Assembly: GCA_963740355.1 (NCBI GenBank)
Contig: CAVUDW010000002.1
Span: forward strand, 800,001-864,000
DNA: 64,000 nucleotides
Reading direction: 5' to 3'
Origin: an uncultured Gemmatimonadaceae bacterium
Lineage (GTDB): Bacteria; Gemmatimonadota; Gemmatimonadetes; Gemmatimonadales; Gemmatimonadaceae
The notes below the pieces were generated by a model, which was not told the DNA's origin, ran no database searches, and saw nothing but the letters and a program-made list of their open reading frames with translations. Each line of letters opens with the position of its first letter. Position 1 is the stretch's first letter. Positions 60,557-64,000 of the stretch are shown here, in pieces. The translations under genes were made by a program, and so were the position numbers.

Positions 60557-61642
60557 TCAGGCAAACCGTAACGGGCTGAAGGGGGTTGGATCGGTTGGTG
60601 GCGCCTGTCCGGTGACCACGGCGGCGACCATCGCCCCCGTCAGCGGGGCGAGCAGGATGCCGTTCCGCCCGTGACCGCAGGCGTAGATGACCGAGGGGCA
60701 TTCGGCATCGGCGCCGATGATCGGCAGGCCGTCGCGCGTCATGGGGCGCAGGCCGGCCCAGGTGCTCAGCATGCCCGCCGAGCCCAGGGATGGCAGAATG
60801 GCGGCCGCGAGGGCGCGGATCCGTTCCTTGCCGGCCTCGGTGTGGGCGGCGTCAAAACCGGTGCTTTCCTCGGTGCCGCCGAGGATCGTGCGGCCATCGC
60901 CGCGGGGAATGACGTAGCCGTCGCCGAGCATGACCACGTGGCGGAGGGCCTTGCTGGCGACCGACATGAGCTGGCCGCGCATGGGCGAGACCGGGAGATG
61001 CATTGGGAGCCCGACAATCGCCCCGGACCAGGCGCCGCCGGCGACGACGACGCGCATCGCCGACAGCGTCGAGCCGTCACCGACGGTGAGGCTGACCGCC
61101 TCGCTCGGCTTACCGGTGCTGATGGCCGTCACGGTCTGGGGGACGACGCGGACGTGCACGTGCCGCCCGACGGCCTGCTTGAGCGCCTTCAGCAGGACGA
61201 GCGGATTGACGGCGCCGTCGTGCTTGAAGCGAAGGGCGCCCTGCACGTGGGTGAGCTGGGGTTCGAGGGTCGTCAGCTCGGCGGCGTCCAGCCACTCGAC
61301 ATCGTCCGTCGCGAGACGCCGCATCCGTTCCGCTTCGTGAATCGACGGAGCGAGCTCGAGCACGCCATCACGGTTCAGCGGGATCGCGACGCCGGTACGC
61401 TCGGTGAGCGTGGCGGTGAAGGCTGGCCAGAGGTCGCGGGCGGTGCGCATCAGGTCGCGCGTATCGGCATCCGCAAATCCATGGCCGGTATCGAGGATGC
61501 CGCCGGCTGCGGGCGACGCCTCGCCCGCGCGGGCGTCGGCGAGCAGCACGACATCGAGACCGGTATCGGCCAGCGCCAGCGCGGCGCACAGCCCGGCGAC
61601 GCCGGCGCCAATGACGGCGATATCAGCGCTGGAGTGTGTCAC
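60557..61642 (-). CDS. FAD-dependent oxidoreductase, glycine oxidase ThiO/DAO family
   Basis: VIGAGVAG, ASPAAGGIL, AGGAWS, P.RGQ, WAGLRP.T.DGLPIIG, GHGRNGILLAP. Confidence 0.88.
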   Translation of the reverse strand: MTHSSADIAVIGAGVAGLCAALALADTGLDVVLLADARAGEASPAAGGILDTGHGFADADTRDLMRTARDLWPAFTATLTERTGVAIPLNRDGVLELAPSIHEAERMRRLATDDVEWLDAAELTTLEPQLTHVQGALRFKHDGAVNPLVLLKALKQAVGRHVHVRVVPQTVTAISTGKPSEAVSLTVGDGSTLSAMRVVVAGGAWSGAIVGLPMHLPVSPMRGQLMSVASKALRHVVMLGDGYVIPRGDGRTILGGTEESTGFDAAHTEAGKERIRALAAAILPSLGSAGMLSTWAGLRPMTRDGLPIIGADAECPSVIYACGHGRNGILLAPLTGAMVAAVVTGQAPPTDPTPFSPLRFA

Positions 61643-61744
61643 GGTGTATCTGTGGTAGAGGGCATGCAGGGAAATATCGCCGGGCCCGAAACTCCCAGCC
61701 GGCACCGTGCGTAATCTGGGCAGGACTTCCCGGAGGGGGATGAA

Positions 61745-61951
61745 ATGCTGAAGACGATCTTCACAATTGGTGTGCTCGCGTTGCTCGGCCTGTTCGCTTT
61801 GAAGCTGATCGGCGTGCTGTTTTTCCCGCTGATCGGACTGGCGGTCAAGATTCTGTTGATTGGCGCCGTGGTGTACGGCGTCATGCTGGTGGTGGCGCCG
61901 GGGGCTGCGCGTCGCCTGCGAGACAAGGTCAATTCGCCGCGCACGTACTGA
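61745..61951 (+). CDS. Small membrane protein (68 aa)
   Basis: GGAGG RBS, two hydrophobic segments, followed by a terminator. Confidence 0.7.
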   Translation: MLKTIFTIGVLALLGLFALKLIGVLFFPLIGLAVKILLIGAVVYGVMLVVAPGAARRLRDKVNSPRTY

Positions 61952-61969
61952 GTGCGTCGCTGGCGTGCG

Positions 61970-62008
61970 CGAAGGGCGGACCGAGGGTGGTCCGCCTTTC
62001 GTGTTTTT
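61970..62008 (+). terminator. Rho-independent terminator
   Basis: CGAAGGGCGGACC-gagggt-GGTCCGCCTTTCG then TGTTTTT. Confidence 0.75.
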
Positions 62009-62052
62009 GCGCTGCACCGTGCACGGCAAATCGCAGTGGCACTGGCGCGGAA

Positions 62053-63147
62053 TTAGCGCGAACGGCGCGCGGCGATGCCGCGGTCGATGGCGGCGAGCGT
62101 GCCGCGCGCGGAGTGTGCCCACGAGTATTTCGCGGCCTGCATCGCGCCGGCGCGCACCAGCACACCGCGCAACTCGGGATCGTCTAGCAGCCGCGTGACC
62201 TGCTTCGCGAGTGCGGTCGGGTTGTCGGGGGCGAAGTACAACACGGCGTCGCCACCCACTTCCGGCATCGTGCTGGCGTTCGAGCAGATCACCGCGCCGC
62301 CCACCGTCATCGCCTCCAGCACCGGCAAGCCGAAGCCTTCGTATCGCGAGGGGAAGACCAGCGCCGTGGCGCGCGCATACAGTGCCGCAAGCTCGATGTC
62401 GGTGACGAAGCCGGCATGGCGCAACCAGTGCGGCAGCGTGTCGCCTGGCTTGTAGCCGTGAATGCCGCGTGGACCGCAGAGCACCAATGGAATCGCGCGC
62501 CCCGCCGCATCCAGCACACGCATCGCCTCGTATAACACGCCGAGATTCTTGCGCGGCTCCTGCGAACCGACGGCGAGCAGGAAGGGACCGTGGACGTCGA
62601 GGCGCGCAAGAATCGGGTCGGCCAGCGCCGTGTCGGCCGCACGGAAATCATCCGCGGCATGCGGCACCACGCTGATCTTGTCCGTCGTGACACCGAACGT
62701 CGCCATCAACTCCTCGCCAGCCTTCGTCGCGCCGGTGATGACATGATCGGCCACCCGCAAGGTGTGCGTGTACCGCAGCTTCGCGCGCAGTCGCTTGTAC
62801 ACCTTCCACCACCGGCCGTCGAGCTGCAGCATCGGGAAGAGATCGTGCACGGTTGGCACGATCGCACCGGAACGTGGGCGGTGTGTGACGAAGTTGCATG
62901 GATACCACGCCGCATCACACTCGATTCCGGACATCGCACTGGCTGGCAACACCGTCGCACGCTCCATCACGTGTGGCAGCAACGCCAGCTGCTCGCTCAG
63001 CGCCGCGACATCACCCTGATTCTTCGCAAAGATCGAATAGCGCAGTTCGGGGCGATGCACCGGCATCTCGGCCAGCAGGCTTCGCGCGTACCGACCCATG
63101 CCGCGCAAGTTGCGCGTGAGCGCGATGGCCTCGACGGCGAGATGCAT
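62053..63147 (-). CDS. Glycosyltransferase family 4 (GT-B)
   Basis: G.GRY, TVHDL, VGS.EPRKNL, FPSRYEGFGLPVLEAM. Confidence 0.92.
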   Translation of the reverse strand: MHLAVEAIALTRNLRGMGRYARSLLAEMPVHRPELRYSIFAKNQGDVAALSEQLALLPHVMERATVLPASAMSGIECDAAWYPCNFVTHRPRSGAIVPTVHDLFPMLQLDGRWWKVYKRLRAKLRYTHTLRVADHVITGATKAGEELMATFGVTTDKISVVPHAADDFRAADTALADPILARLDVHGPFLLAVGSQEPRKNLGVLYEAMRVLDAAGRAIPLVLCGPRGIHGYKPGDTLPHWLRHAGFVTDIELAALYARATALVFPSRYEGFGLPVLEAMTVGGAVICSNASTMPEVGGDAVLYFAPDNPTALAKQVTRLLDDPELRGVLVRAGAMQAAKYSWAHSARGTLAAIDRGIAARRSR

Positions 63148-63174
63148 CCGTGATGTGCGCTCGACGGCGGTGCG

Positions 63175-63969
63175 TCAGTTTCCGCGAATCAACGCGGCGC
63201 CAGCGGCCGGACGATACTCGCGCAAGTACAGGTTCAGCGATCCGATCGGCAGCGACGACTTCATCTGTACCATCACCCGCGCCGAGTCGTCGGTGAGCCA
63301 GACTTGCGCCTTGCCACCTTCGCTGAACAGCCCCTTCGCCTTGATGATCGGCTGAATCACGATGGTGTTGTATTCGCCCGACGGCACCTTGATGCGCTCC
63401 TTGCGCAACACGATGATGCGCACCGGATTGCGGTCCGGCTTGAAGTAGCGCGCGAATTCGTAGGTCTGTCCAACGACCAATGGCACACGCCGCACGAAGT
63501 AGAGAAAACTGCCTTCGTCGAGTGGGTCGGCCACGCCTGGAACTTCGGGCGTCGAATCCTGCGAGAAGGTGCGGCGCTCAGGATAGAACTCGAAATGCCG
63601 CTCGCGATCCTTCGACCCTTCGGAGAGATCCTGCTTGTGGCGCAATGACAGGAATCGCGTCGTATCGATCCAGCTCTCGAGGACGTCGTTCACCTTGTAG
63701 AAAAAGGTGCCGCCACGCACGACGAATCGCACATGCAGGGCGTTGATGCCGCGCACTGGCTCATAGCCGACGGCCTCCATGAAGCCGCTGCCAACCTTCA
63801 CGGCGCTGAACTTCACGTCATAGACCAGGCGTTCGCCAACAGGCGGCACCCGCTTCGTCTCCACATCGGCAATCGGCTGCTGAACAGCCAGCGGCGACGT
63901 GGAGAGTCCGGCGGATGACGACGCAGCGAACATCAGCCCCAGCACGGAGGCAGCACGAACAAGCGGCAC
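63175..63969 (-). CDS. DUF3108-like exported protein
   Basis: Signal peptide; GERLVYDV, S.ID, E.IKVPSGEY, VWLTDD..R..V; frame stays open to the window end, so the start is uncertain. Confidence 0.75.
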   Translation of the reverse strand: MPLVRAASVLGLMFAASSSAGLSTSPLAVQQPIADVETKRVPPVGERLVYDVKFSAVKVGSGFMEAVGYEPVRGINALHVRFVVRGGTFFYKVNDVLESWIDTTRFLSLRHKQDLSEGSKDRERHFEFYPERRTFSQDSTPEVPGVADPLDEGSFLYFVRRVPLVVGQTYEFARYFKPDRNPVRIIVLRKERIKVPSGEYNTIVIQPIIKAKGLFSEGGKAQVWLTDDSARVMVQMKSSLPIGSLNLYLREYRPAAGAALIRGN

Positions 63970-64000
63970 GAGCGAATTCCTTGACTGAGTGACGACAGCG

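Noticed and set aside
60557..61642. Assignment as thiO in a thiamine operon
   Set aside because: No thiS, thiG or TPP riboswitch nearby, so only the family-level call is kept.

Overview
GC-rich bacterial chromosomal window. It is most likely from Gemmatimonadota; this is inferred from SusC/SusD pairs in a high-GC genome, an expanded family of barrel-less plug-domain proteins and a dnaE-accA-ricT-metG block. The left half is cell-envelope and accessory: three SusD-like and two SusC-like genes with no CAZymes, CHRD and DUF4397 lipoproteins, four paralogous carboxypeptidase-regulatory-like + TonB-plug proteins (one fused to a TonB C-terminal domain), waaA, two DsbA-like proteins, a TPM/NTase-like/LemA operon, a vanadium haloperoxidase + FG-GAP/ASPIC-UnbV pair, a LOG protein and a four-gene type IV minor-pilin operon. 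That operon has a sigma54-like promoter and a long leader hairpin over its RBS. The right half is mostly housekeeping (metG, ricT, accA, dnaE, UvrD-like helicase, lipB, lpdA, pdhCBA, lipA, ThiO-like, GT4, DUF3108). The best-supported find is a complete IS110 element at about 47611-48758. Its exact ends, CT core, circle-junction promoter and bridge-RNA target and donor guide loops can be read from the sequence, and it sits inside a REP-like foldback repeat of a family seen three times in the window. There is also a seven-copy palindromic repeat cluster with IHF-like spacers (not CRISPR) and two apparent +1 frameshifts in signal-peptide regions. No rRNA, tRNA or CRISPR array was recognised. All family calls are from motif recognition by eye; no database search was run.
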